64,000 nt of DNA from a virus, in IMG/VR virus record IMGVR_UViG_3300030099_005838; one strand, given 5' to 3'. Under the pieces are notes generated by a model. The model made no database searches, was not told the origin of the DNA, and was given only the letters and a program-made list of their open reading frames with translations. The position numbers and the translations under genes were made by a program. Below are positions 1-10,313 of this stretch, piece after piece. Numbering within the stretch: position 1 is the stretch's first letter; each line of letters starts with the position of its first letter.

Positions 1-1
1 A

Positions 2-3000
2 TCCCTCAAATGGAAAGAATTGGTAGTAAATCATGTAAGTGCAAGTGGTAACATAAGTGGTTCAGCAACCTCAACAGGTTCGTTTGGTAAAATTGTAATT
101 CCGATGCAAGGAAACAATGTTGCATTTGAGGCTCTAAATGGTAATTTTTCAGTAGCTAATACTATATTCCAACATTCAGCAAATGGTGGTAATCTACAAT
201 TTGGTTCACAAACTGCTGGATTCTTCCATTCGCTTGGTAAAGTTTTTACAAGAAAAGATGGTGGATACGGAGACGGTGGTGATGAGGCATTTAAAGCCAC
301 AGACCATCCTGTTGCTGCTGGTTTTTGGGTTGATTCTGCTGGTAATATGCAATTTGGACATGATAATGGAGCTGGAGTTAGAAATACTGTACAGATGATG
401 ACTTTAGGGCCACAAACTGGACATGCTTCTGGTAGTCTATTAGTATCTGGTAGTATTATAGCTAAAGAGGGAGACGTAAGTGGTTCAGCGACCTCAACCG
501 GTTCGTTTGGAGTCATTCAAAATCCAAGTGGTTTGTTTTTAGGTAGTACAAATGCCGCACATCAGTTTAGTCAAATAACTTCTACCAATCATCTATTCAT
601 CGGAGCTGGTGCATCAACAGTTCAAATGCAAAATGATTTAATTCCTGATGGTAATGGAAGTCAAGACTTAGGTTCAACCCTCAGAAACTTTAATCAAATT
701 TTTGCTAGAACAAAAGTTACTGGTTCATCAATTTCAACTGGTTCGTTTGGTTCGGTTTTTATTAAAAATCAAAGTAATTTACAATTTGGAAGCATAAACA
801 CAAGAATCAGAGGTGATAATAGTAATAATGTGATTACATTTATGACAAACAATACCGAAAGGGTTCGTATCAATGATGATGGAGTGGGAATCGGTGGTGA
901 TCCTGTTGCTTCCAATGGACTCACAATACATGCTGTAAATCCAGGTTTAACCCTACGGTCATCCAACACGACAGGTGCGTGTAAGTTAAGATTTGCGGAT
1001 ACCGGTGATGCTGATATAGGAATGATTGAATATGGTCATTCTTCTAACGCTATGGTATTCAGTACAGGTGATGCAGAAGCATTCAGATTGGATACAAATC
1101 AAAATGCTATTTTTGGTGGTAGTAAAATAAGTGGTTCAGCAACCTCAACCGGTTCGTTTGGTGAGCTACAAATTCATGATAAGATTGGAATCAATACTGC
1201 TGATGCTGGTGCCGTAAGTCCTGCAAGTCCACATACTGGTGCGAAAACAGGATTGATGGAAATAAAGGCTAAGAGTAGTGGTGGTGATGCAGCTTTATTA
1301 ATAAGAAGATTTGAGGGTGATGGTGCTTATGGAATGGATCTGTGGACAGACACAAATGCAGCTGATAGTTATATCGATCAAAGAGGTGGGATATCAGGTG
1401 CACAGTTATACATTAGAACAGCAACACATACTAGTGCTGTAAATGCAGCAATATTCGATCATGTAGGAAATGTTGAGTTTCCAAGTGCAACAACAATAAG
1501 TGGTTCAGCAACCTCAACCGGTTCATTTGGTAATGTCTACGTTGGAAAGGGTGGTGCTCAATTTCAAAATACTAAATTCGCTGTAGTTGATAACAATAGC
1601 ACAGAATACGCTCCGATGGGTGGTAGTTCAAATACTGCAAATGCTATGATTCAGTTTACTAATACAAATACTTCTGCTACTGCTCCACATTCCTTAATAC
1701 ATTTCAGATTGGATAAGAGTGGTGGTGATGGTTATGTAGGATTTATGACATCTACCTCAACAGGTAATATAGAACACTTTGTTGTTGGTAATCAGGTTGA
1801 TGGAGAAATCATCAGAGGGGCAAGTGGAGGCAACGTTGGTATTGGAGATTCGAATCCATCTGGTAAGCTTGTTGTTTCTGGTTCAGGTACTATAAACCTA
1901 CATATAGATAATAGTGGAACTGGTGATACCGGTTTATTAGGAAAGCGTAATGCAACCTCTATATTTGGAATGTTCGATGATGCTAGTGATAGTAAACTAA
2001 GAATAGTAAATTATCAAGCAGAACCGATTGAATTTAGTGTGGATAGGGGTGGTACTGAAACCATTGTGATGACAATGATGAATTCAGGCAGAGTCGGTAT
2101 TGGAAATACAAGTCCTGAGAGTATCTTAGATGTCAGCGGTTCGAATTCATTTGGACAATTACAGATACGTGATGGTAATAATAGTATTTACAGAAGATTT
2201 TTTGTATCAGCATCAGGTGCTCATGGTTTAGGAACATTACACATTCAAAATAGAGCATTTCCTGGCAGTGGAACAGGTGATGTCTACACCCATTTCAAAA
2301 GTAGTGTAGCAGGCGGTACAACTCGAATGAATGTTATGATAGATGGTAAGTTAGGATTAGGAACTACAGATACAGTTCCTGAACAGGCTATACACATTAA
2401 AGCTGCTAATCCAAAGATACAATTTCAAGATACAAGCGTTAGTAATTTAAAACACGTATTATCTGGCGGTGATGGTGATGCTGGTATGGCTTATGAAGCA
2501 GATGTAAATAATGTCGGTGCTGGTTATCACGCATTCAAAATGGGTGGTGCTGAAAGAATTAGATTTATTGAAAACGGTAGTGTTGGCATCGCAGATACTA
2601 GTCCTGCACAACCATTAGTAGTAAGTGGTAGTAGTAAAGGATTGTTATCAGTTGGATTAGCTGGTGGTGGTTCAAGAGTCACTATTGGTGATACCTCTAT
2701 GGATAGTGCACTACATATGAGAAGAAGTAGTAACGGTGCAGCCGATGTTCAAGTTTTACAATTAGGTAGCTCTCTCCATGTGGGTGCTACGAGCAACGTT
2801 ATAAATACCTTGATTCAATCGAATACTTCAGTATTAACAGTTGGTTCAAGCAAAGTGACTTCAAATGCTTCTATTGAACCTACTGCGGATGCTTCATTCA
2901 ACTTAGGTGCTGCAGATAAAAGATGGGCGAATATATTCTCTGCTGACCTTCAACTATCTAATGAGGGAACTGAAGGAAATGAAGTTGATGGAACAACAGG

Positions 3001-3094
3001 TTCTTGGACAATTCAGGAAGGTGAAGATGACTTATATTTATTGAATAGAAAGAATGGTAAAAAATACAAGTTTAAACTTGAGGAGATAACCTAA
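2..3094 (+). CDS. Long tail fibre protein, 5'-truncated by the window edge
   Basis: Frame is open from position 2 (ORF track starts at TTG 20). Repeated ISGSATSTGSFG and GNVGIG-type motifs; C-terminus GSWTIQEGEDDLYLLNRKNGKKYKFKLEEI resembles marine myophage fibre termini. Confidence 0.8.
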   Translation, partial: SLKWKELVVNHVSASGNISGSATSTGSFGKIVIPMQGNNVAFEALNGNFSVANTIFQHSANGGNLQFGSQTAGFFHSLGKVFTRKDGGYGDGGDEAFKATDHPVAAGFWVDSAGNMQFGHDNGAGVRNTVQMMTLGPQTGHASGSLLVSGSIIAKEGDVSGSATSTGSFGVIQNPSGLFLGSTNAAHQFSQITSTNHLFIGAGASTVQMQNDLIPDGNGSQDLGSTLRNFNQIFARTKVTGSSISTGSFGSVFIKNQSNLQFGSINTRIRGDNSNNVITFMTNNTERVRINDDGVGIGGDPVASNGLTIHAVNPGLTLRSSNTTGACKLRFADTGDADIGMIEYGHSSNAMVFSTGDAEAFRLDTNQNAIFGGSKISGSATSTGSFGELQIHDKIGINTADAGAVSPASPHTGAKTGLMEIKAKSSGGDAALLIRRFEGDGAYGMDLWTDTNAADSYIDQRGGISGAQLYIRTATHTSAVNAAIFDHVGNVEFPSATTISGSATSTGSFGNVYVGKGGAQFQNTKFAVVDNNSTEYAPMGGSSNTANAMIQFTNTNTSATAPHSLIHFRLDKSGGDGYVGFMTSTSTGNIEHFVVGNQVDGEIIRGASGGNVGIGDSNPSGKLVVSGSGTINLHIDNSGTGDTGLLGKRNATSIFGMFDDASDSKLRIVNYQAEPIEFSVDRGGTETIVMTMMNSGRVGIGNTSPESILDVSGSNSFGQLQIRDGNNSIYRRFFVSASGAHGLGTLHIQNRAFPGSGTGDVYTHFKSSVAGGTTRMNVMIDGKLGLGTTDTVPEQAIHIKAANPKIQFQDTSVSNLKHVLSGGDGDAGMAYEADVNNVGAGYHAFKMGGAERIRFIENGSVGIADTSPAQPLVVSGSSKGLLSVGLAGGGSRVTIGDTSMDSALHMRRSSNGAADVQVLQLGSSLHVGATSNVINTLIQSNTSVLTVGSSKVTSNASIEPTADASFNLGAADKRWANIFSADLQLSNEGTEGNEVDGTTGSWTIQEGEDDLYLLNRKNGKKYKFKLEEIT

Positions 3095-6000
3095 TGGCAA
3101 TAACCACCAAAAAATTAATAGCTGAAGAATACGTTGTATCCTCTTCGGTAACCCTAATGACCCAATCATTTGCCAGTGGTTCAACTGTATTTGGTGACTC
3201 CTTAGATGATACCCATAGAATGACTGGTTCTCTATTTGTTAGTGGTGGAATATCAACCGATGGTAGTGCTGGTGGAACTGCCACATTTAAAGGAACTTCA
3301 GCACAATCCACATTGAATCTCCAAACTTCTGTAAGTAATTTTGTTGTAGGGTTGTCAAACTCATCTGGTAGACTTGATTTAAGACCTGGTGGTTCAACAG
3401 CACTAACAGTAATTAATTCAGGTAATGTCGGCATCGGAAATACAAGTCCTGGTGCTAAACTAACAATCGGTGGCTCATCTTCATCAGGATTACATGACAT
3501 CAGATTGGAAAACTCATCTGCTCAAATTAAGATAGGAGTAGCAGGTGGTGGTAGTGATATTGTTAGTTCAGCTGTGGCTGGTGACTTTATCATCTCAAAT
3601 GTTACTGGTGGAACAAAGAGTATATTGTTTGGTATCGGAACATCTGAACATATGCGTGTTGACCATTCAGGTAATATCGGCATCGGACAATCAAGTCCTT
3701 CACATCCACTAGATGTCGCTGGTGTTATCAGAACAACTGGTACAGGTACAAATTCTTCGGTTCGCCTTAATAATACAACTAGCAGTACAGGTAATGAATG
3801 GCAGTTGTACAGTTATAATAATGGCGATTTTAGTATTTACGAAACAAGCGACAGGTTATACATAAAGAGTAATGGCAATATCGGCATCGGGGAAACAAGT
3901 CCAGACCAAAAACTTCATATAAAAGCAGCAACACAAATGAGACTTGAAAGGGCAAGTGTCGCCTCTTACGATACTCTTATAGATAATTTAGTCACAGGAG
4001 ATACGGCTGATTTGACATTTCAAGCTCAAACATCAGATACAGGATTTTTATTTCAATCTAAAAATAGTAGTGGTACACAGATTAACGCACTAGCCATAAA
4101 TGAGGCAGGTAAAGTCGGCATCGGGACCACAAATCCAGATGCAAGTTTACATATATCCTCATCAGTCGGTTCTTCAACCTCATCACTGCATATCGAAGGT
4201 AGTGGTTCTTCTGTTGTCGCAGTCGATGGAACACAAGGAAGATTATTCTCAATAACAGACGAATTATCAGGTAGTTTATTTAGTGCAAACACAATATCTG
4301 GTTTGCCTGTAATAGAGGCTTTCTCAGATAATAAGGTAACATTAGGCCCGTTTAGTAAACCTATTACAGTTACATCTACAGGAAACATAAGTGGTTCAGC
4401 AACATCAACTGGTTCGTTTGGTTCGTTGGTTGTAGCTGATAAGGTTCAAGGTAATTTAGTAGCTAGTGGGAACATAACCACAGGGGGACAGATACTAAGT
4501 CCAGGTGGTTCAAACATAGCATTAAATCCAAATACTGGTTTGGTTACAATTGCTAATAATTTACAACTTTCAGGATATGTACAAGCGGCTGGTAATTTAG
4601 TAAGTACAGGAGCAAATGCAAAAATAAGTGGTTCATCAACCTCAACTGGTTCGTTTGGTAATGTTTTTGTCAGAGATGAGATTGAAATAACCGATTCAAA
4701 CACAGCAATATGTGAAGGTAATAATAATTCCGTAAGATTGAAAACCAATAACGGCTACATAGAGATAGGACCACAAAATTCTACACTAGCACATATCTAT
4801 ACTGATAGAAACCAGGGTTTCTTTTTCAATAGGGCTATAGGTGTTCATAATAACAAAATATACGTGGGAGACTTTGGTTCAGAAATAATAACAATAGATC
4901 CGGATGTTTCAGGTGGTAGTCCAAAAATAAGTGGTTCAGCATCTTCAACCGGTTCGTTTGGTAAGGTGAGTGTTGGAACTGCAAATCCGAAGTTCGCACA
5001 TTTAAATGTTGAGGGTGATATTGCATTGGGAACATATGCTGCAAACATGAATCGTAGAATTGGTTTACAAAGAAGTGATGGTGGTGGTTGGTCAAATACA
5101 CCACATATAACTTTTTCCACCGATGGTGGTGCTGATGCGAGTATCAAATTTTCAGTAATAGATTCAGGTGTAGCCGGATATGCTGATGCTGTGGTGATTG
5201 ATAAGTCTGGCAATGTCGGCATCGGAGAAACAAGTCCTTCTGTACCACTTCATGTTTCAGGTGATGGAGGTGCTAGTGATCCACTAGCAACAATGTTACT
5301 AGAATCAACATCAAATCATGGTGGATTGGTAATCAATGCACCTGCAAGCAAACAAACTCACCTTAGATTCCAAAACAATGGTTCTTTAAAATGGCAAATA
5401 AGGTCGCCGTTTCATGATGGTACAAATCCAGATTCTTTAAGAATCTATAGTTGGACGTACGGTGGTGATGTTATGGTATTTAAAAATGATGGCAATGTCG
5501 GCATTGGAACAAATAATCCTGTACAAAAACTTCATCTTCACGGTGGAAGCATGTACATGCAAACCGGACAAAATATTACATGGAATAATGGCGATGTTCA
5601 AATAGGAGCTATAAGTGGTTTTCACTTTAGAATACAAACATATACTGGCTCTTCACTAACAGAAAAAATGCGTGTTACGTCAGGTGGTAATGTCGGCATC
5701 AACACATCAAGTCCTTCAGCCAAATTGCATGTATCTGGCGCGGCCTCAACTACAGCCACATTAATTGAAGGACGTACTAATGGCAACGTTCCAATTCTTC
5801 ATATCAAAGACAAAGCAGATATGTTTGTTGCTATGTTTGAGGGTCAGAGAGCTGGTGATACTGGAGCTGTAGTTTCTATTTATCATAATCCAACAACATC
5901 ACAAGAAACCAACAGAACAATGTTAAACTTTCAAATGAATGATGATGGTGATAACAGAACTACTTATGCTCAACTTTTTTCCGGCATTGATGATCACACA

Positions 6001-9000
6001 GATGGTACAGAGGATGGTAATTTACAAATTAAGACAGTTGAAAATGGCACTCTAACTGAACAAATGACAATTAATTCAACGGGTGTGGGCATCGGAGAAA
6101 CTAGCCCATCATTCCCATTAGATGTTGTAAAGTCTGCTAATACAGGTGATCCATTAACACAAGCAACTGCTTATCAACTAGGTATAAGAAATTCAAACGG
6201 AAATTCAGGTGCCGCTACTTCTATAGCATTTGGACATGAGACTTTTGATTTCTCAGCTTTCATTAGTGCTCTAAGAACTAGCTCAGGTAATCACCCAACT
6301 GCTGATTTGACATTTGGTGCTAGGCCATCCGATAACGCTACTTTTGTTGAGAGAATGCGTATAGTTGGTGCATCAGGCAATGTCGGCATCGGCGAAAATA
6401 GTCCTTCAGCTAAACTACAAATCAAAGGTGGTGGTATAACCGTATCTGGCTCTAATGATACAAGTCCAATACAGGCAATGTTAATCAAAACAAGTGCGGC
6501 TTCATCACAAGGATTAATCGGAGTCGAAGGTAATACCGCGGGTGCTTTTATAACAGGTACAGTTGCTAGGGCTATGGTTGTGGCATCAAGTGCTAGTGGT
6601 ACAGCACTACAATTAGGTGCCGCTGGTTCAGTTGGATTAACAATGTTATCAAATGGTGATATAGGTATCAATGATACAAGCCCATCATTTAAATTAGATG
6701 TAAATGGAACAGGTAGATTTACTGGAAATGTTGCACTTTCAGGTGATAATGCTCAATTATCAATAGGCCATACTGGAGAAACTCATTGGGGAACTGGATT
6801 TGATATTTTAGAAGTCGGTCACTCTATGGCATTGTTCTGTGAGACCGCTGATGGAGCTGATAGAAATGCTTTTGTAGCAAACAATTTATATGCTGATGGT
6901 GATGGATTAAAAAGACATTATACTGATCAAACTGTAAGTATACTTTTAAGAGCTGGTTTTATAGCATTTAGAACAGATGCAAGTGGAACTGCTGGAGCAG
7001 TATTTACACCAAGTGAAAGAATGAGAATTACTGAAGATGGCAATGTCGGCATCGGGACTACAAGTCCTGTAGGACTTTTAACATTATACGATCCAGCAAG
7101 TGGTGATAATAAATTAAGATTTCAAAATTCAACTACTGGAGTCACAACTAGTGATGGAAGTAGAATTGGATTGAATGGTGCTGAACTTTTTATTAATAAT
7201 ATAGAAAGTTCTAATATAAAAATTTATACAGGTAGTACACAAACTCAAGGTATAACCATTGATAGTTCAGGTAAAGTCGGCATCGGGATCACAAGTCCTA
7301 CAGGTAAATTGCAAGTAGCAGGTGATATAGTAATCGCTCAAGGAAGTAAATTAAAAGAACCAGATGGTAATGCATACATATCATTTGATTCAAGTTATCA
7401 CATAACAGGTTCATCTGCTGGTGATATAGTATTTGATATCGATAACAATGGTAATGAAACAAATAGTTTTCTTAGAATAACCAAAGATAATCAAGCAACT
7501 GAGCTAATGAGAGTTCAAGAAAATGGCAATGTCGGCATCGGCACAAATAATCCTGATGTTAAATTTCACGTATTTGATAGTAGCGCTCTAAGTGTTGAAT
7601 TTGAAAGTAGTACAGGTAATGTAGATTTAACAATCAATTCAGGAACAGATGGCGCAGTTGAAAAATCAAGTATTCTTCTTCAAGCTAACAGCTCAAACAA
7701 ATGGGAAATACTAAAGACAACTAGCGATAACTTTCAGATTTACGATTATGGTCGTTCAGCGGGTGTGTTAGATATTATTTCTAATGGCAATATGGGATTA
7801 ATGGCTGATGGTGGAAATGTCGGCATCGGCACCACAAGTCCTGATACAAAACTTCATTTAGCAGATAGTAGCGATGTATATTTAACATTAGAATCTACTC
7901 ATGCATCAACACCTGAAGAAGCAGCAATTAAGTATAGTAATTCTTCTACTTCGGCAAATTATTGGTGGGCTGGATTAAATCAATCAGATGATTACTCATT
8001 GGCTTATGGAACTTCTTTTAGTGGAGCTAATACTAGATTTTTAGTTACTGAAACGGGCAATGTCGGAATCGGAGTTACAGATCCTGATAGTGCTTTAGAA
8101 GTAAAATCATCAGATGATACTTTCTTAAAGGTTTCTACTGGAAATGATACATTTCATGCTAGAATAAAAGCCAGTATTTCAAACGATACTCCAATGCAAA
8201 TGACAGGTATTAGCGGTCATGCTTGGATGAAACAGAGAGGTGGTGATGGTGAAGTAACATTCTTGACTAACGGTGGAAATGAAAGAATGCGTATAGATGG
8301 TTCAGGCAATGTCGGCATCGGCACCACAAATCCTGGTGCTACATTAGATATTTTAGGTCCAAGTGATGGTGTAAATTTAAGATTAAGTGATGTAGCTGGT
8401 AATTCTACAACAAAAGAAGCTCGTATAGGTGTGAGACACTATACAGAAGCTGAAGAAGATACTGCTTTAATGTATGCTCAATCTGGTAATGGAACTTCTG
8501 CAGTCTATATTGGTGGTGGAACAGGTGTGATGAATGCTGTAGAACTTATTGGTTTCGTAACTGCAGCTACTGATACTACTTTATCTGGAACTACAAGAAT
8601 GGTTATTGATAGTGGAGGTAAAGTCGGCATAAATCATGACAGTCCTAGTGCAGTATTGGAAGTAAAAGGTCAGACGGGGGTATCAAGTACTGCTCTTATC
8701 ACACACGGTTTAGTTCAGATGAAGACAACTCATAATGATAGTAGTGAATTAAGACACCAATTCTCTATGGGTGGTGCATCTGATCCAGGCAGTTACAATA
8801 TTTATCAAGGAAATGCCTCTACAATCGGTGTTCATTTAGATGCAGGAGATGATTCCTTTTTCCTAAATAGTGTCGGTATCGGTGGGGCACCAGGTCACAC
8901 AGGATTAGATGTAAGTGCTGGACATATTTCAGTAGATACTGCTTTCAGTATAAAATTAGATGGACCAACCGGTGGTGACTCCATTTCATCACCTTCTTCT

Positions 9001-9092
9001 AACACATTACAATTTATGACTGGTGGTGCTAAAAGATTGATTATCAATAATACACAAATAAGTGGTTCACAACACTCAACTGGTTCGTTTGG
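53..9092 (+). repeat. Nine dispersed direct copies of a ~35-nt repeat, consensus ATAAGTGGTTCAGCAACCTCAACYGGTTCGTTTGG (ISGSATSTGSFG)
   Basis: Copies start at 53, 476, 716, 1127, 1496, 4387, 4624, 4927 and 9058. Confidence 0.9.
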
Positions 9093-9621
9093 TGTTGTAC
9101 GGGCAGGTAATGGTGGTCCTCATGACCCTTCTTATCAATTTGGTGGTAACAGCGACGGTTTCTTCCACGATATATCTGCACCAGGTGAAGGTATTAAGTT
9201 AATGGTAAATAATGCAAATGAAGCATTGTTTGCAAATGGTGGTGACTTCCATGCTGATGGTGATGTTATTTCAAACTCGTCAACAATATCCGATTCTGTA
9301 TTTAAAACAGATGTAACAACGATAAGTTCTGCAGTAAACAAAGTTAAACAGCTAAGAGGTGTCAGTTTTAAATGGTTAAAAGGAAAAAGATCTGGTTCAG
9401 CTGATCTAGGTGTTATTGCACAAGAGGTTGAACCAGTATTACCTGAGATTGTTAAAACAAGACCACTACCGTTATGGCAAGATAAAGACCCGGAAATATC
9501 TGGTTCTTTTAAAACAGTTGATTACGAAAAATTAACTGCAGTCTTAATAGAAAGTGTTAAAGAACAACAAACAAAATTAGAACAACTTGAAGCGGAAATA
9601 GAAAAGTTGAAAGGTGGATAA
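3094..9621 (+). CDS. Long tail fibre (2175 aa) with C-terminal peptidase S74 intramolecular chaperone domain
   Basis: About 17 GNVGIGxxxP repeats; C-terminal SD..FKTDV...V..LRGVSFKW...GVIAQEVE.VLPEIV...VDYEKL..VLIESVKEQ followed by a coiled coil is the S74 signature. Confidence 0.9.
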   Translation: MAITTKKLIAEEYVVSSSVTLMTQSFASGSTVFGDSLDDTHRMTGSLFVSGGISTDGSAGGTATFKGTSAQSTLNLQTSVSNFVVGLSNSSGRLDLRPGGSTALTVINSGNVGIGNTSPGAKLTIGGSSSSGLHDIRLENSSAQIKIGVAGGGSDIVSSAVAGDFIISNVTGGTKSILFGIGTSEHMRVDHSGNIGIGQSSPSHPLDVAGVIRTTGTGTNSSVRLNNTTSSTGNEWQLYSYNNGDFSIYETSDRLYIKSNGNIGIGETSPDQKLHIKAATQMRLERASVASYDTLIDNLVTGDTADLTFQAQTSDTGFLFQSKNSSGTQINALAINEAGKVGIGTTNPDASLHISSSVGSSTSSLHIEGSGSSVVAVDGTQGRLFSITDELSGSLFSANTISGLPVIEAFSDNKVTLGPFSKPITVTSTGNISGSATSTGSFGSLVVADKVQGNLVASGNITTGGQILSPGGSNIALNPNTGLVTIANNLQLSGYVQAAGNLVSTGANAKISGSSTSTGSFGNVFVRDEIEITDSNTAICEGNNNSVRLKTNNGYIEIGPQNSTLAHIYTDRNQGFFFNRAIGVHNNKIYVGDFGSEIITIDPDVSGGSPKISGSASSTGSFGKVSVGTANPKFAHLNVEGDIALGTYAANMNRRIGLQRSDGGGWSNTPHITFSTDGGADASIKFSVIDSGVAGYADAVVIDKSGNVGIGETSPSVPLHVSGDGGASDPLATMLLESTSNHGGLVINAPASKQTHLRFQNNGSLKWQIRSPFHDGTNPDSLRIYSWTYGGDVMVFKNDGNVGIGTNNPVQKLHLHGGSMYMQTGQNITWNNGDVQIGAISGFHFRIQTYTGSSLTEKMRVTSGGNVGINTSSPSAKLHVSGAASTTATLIEGRTNGNVPILHIKDKADMFVAMFEGQRAGDTGAVVSIYHNPTTSQETNRTMLNFQMNDDGDNRTTYAQLFSGIDDHTDGTEDGNLQIKTVENGTLTEQMTINSTGVGIGETSPSFPLDVVKSANTGDPLTQATAYQLGIRNSNGNSGAATSIAFGHETFDFSAFISALRTSSGNHPTADLTFGARPSDNATFVERMRIVGASGNVGIGENSPSAKLQIKGGGITVSGSNDTSPIQAMLIKTSAASSQGLIGVEGNTAGAFITGTVARAMVVASSASGTALQLGAAGSVGLTMLSNGDIGINDTSPSFKLDVNGTGRFTGNVALSGDNAQLSIGHTGETHWGTGFDILEVGHSMALFCETADGADRNAFVANNLYADGDGLKRHYTDQTVSILLRAGFIAFRTDASGTAGAVFTPSERMRITEDGNVGIGTTSPVGLLTLYDPASGDNKLRFQNSTTGVTTSDGSRIGLNGAELFINNIESSNIKIYTGSTQTQGITIDSSGKVGIGITSPTGKLQVAGDIVIAQGSKLKEPDGNAYISFDSSYHITGSSAGDIVFDIDNNGNETNSFLRITKDNQATELMRVQENGNVGIGTNNPDVKFHVFDSSALSVEFESSTGNVDLTINSGTDGAVEKSSILLQANSSNKWEILKTTSDNFQIYDYGRSAGVLDIISNGNMGLMADGGNVGIGTTSPDTKLHLADSSDVYLTLESTHASTPEEAAIKYSNSSTSANYWWAGLNQSDDYSLAYGTSFSGANTRFLVTETGNVGIGVTDPDSALEVKSSDDTFLKVSTGNDTFHARIKASISNDTPMQMTGISGHAWMKQRGGDGEVTFLTNGGNERMRIDGSGNVGIGTTNPGATLDILGPSDGVNLRLSDVAGNSTTKEARIGVRHYTEAEEDTALMYAQSGNGTSAVYIGGGTGVMNAVELIGFVTAATDTTLSGTTRMVIDSGGKVGINHDSPSAVLEVKGQTGVSSTALITHGLVQMKTTHNDSSELRHQFSMGGASDPGSYNIYQGNASTIGVHLDAGDDSFFLNSVGIGGAPGHTGLDVSAGHISVDTAFSIKLDGPTGGDSISSPSSNTLQFMTGGAKRLIINNTQISGSQHSTGSFGVVRAGNGGPHDPSYQFGGNSDGFFHDISAPGEGIKLMVNNANEALFANGGDFHADGDVISNSSTISDSVFKTDVTTISSAVNKVKQLRGVSFKWLKGKRSGSADLGVIAQEVEPVLPEIVKTRPLPLWQDKDPEISGSFKTVDYEKLTAVLIESVKEQQTKLEQLEAEIEKLKGG
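3427..8882 (+). repeat. Dispersed direct repeat GTCGGCATCGG (VGIG) inside the 2175-aa fibre gene
   Basis: Exact copies at 3427, 4114, 5215, 6382, 7045, 7276, 7531, 7819, 8311; ATCGGCATCGG at 3676 and 3880; near-matches at 5497, 5692, 6085, 8062, 8623, 8872. Confidence 0.9.
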
Positions 9622-9624
9622 AAA

Positions 9625-10311
9625 GTGGCCTTACAATACAATCCAAAAATAATAACAAAAGGTTTGGTTATGAACTTAGATACTGCCGATAAAAACAGTT
9701 ATCCTGGTTCGGGTACGACTTGGACAGATTTATGTGGAAATGGTTTTAATGCAACGGTAGGTAGCAGTGTAAGTTTCCAGACAGTTCATGGTGGAGTTCT
9801 CCGAACATTGAATTCAGAAACTAACACTAATCAAAAGATAGAATCCGTTGGTTCTATAAATATTGCTGCATGGAATAAGTACACCTTTGAAATATGGTTT
9901 AAGAATAACGGTTCACAAGGAGGTGATTGTAGTGCATTTGGTTTTGACAATGGGAGTCAAACCAGCTATGGTGCGCGATATCAAGGTTCACAAGTTCAAA
10001 CTTGGATAAATGGAACTTTGGACTTTGGATTAAGTTTCACTGCAGATACAGCAATTCAACAAATAGTAATAACCGGAGATGGACAAACATTCAAGTTGTA
10101 CAAAAATTCTCTCTTGGCAACAACTAAAACTGCAGATGTAACAAATACAGGTCCAGATATACAAAGATTTCATATGAATTCAGATACAAGGACATCTTCT
10201 AACAATGGATATAATGGTGACTATGCAATATGTAGAATGTATAATGAAGTCCTAACACCAACTGAAATAAAACAAAATTACGATGTAAATCGTCCAAGAT
10301 TTGGAGATTAA
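9625..10311 (+). CDS. LamG/concanavalin A-like lectin domain protein (virion-associated)
   Basis: N-terminal GLVMNLD.A...SYPGSGTTWTDL and C-terminal YN..LT..EI.QNY....RFG are typical of phage LamG-like proteins; GTG start. Confidence 0.8.
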   Translation: MALQYNPKIITKGLVMNLDTADKNSYPGSGTTWTDLCGNGFNATVGSSVSFQTVHGGVLRTLNSETNTNQKIESVGSINIAAWNKYTFEIWFKNNGSQGGDCSAFGFDNGSQTSYGARYQGSQVQTWINGTLDFGLSFTADTAIQQIVITGDGQTFKLYKNSLLATTKTADVTNTGPDIQRFHMNSDTRTSSNNGYNGDYAICRMYNEVLTPTEIKQNYDVNRPRFGD

Positions 10312-10313
10312 TT

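Noticed and set aside
53-9092. Repeats in the fibre genes as a CRISPR array
   Set aside because: They are in frame, protein-coding and irregularly spaced by hundreds of nt; the Cas4-like nuclease at 46759 has no other cas genes or array nearby.
3094-9621. Diversity-generating retroelement or invertase shufflon acting on the fibres
   Set aside because: No reverse transcriptase, no template/variable repeat pair differing at adenines, no inverted copies and no site-specific recombinase in the window.
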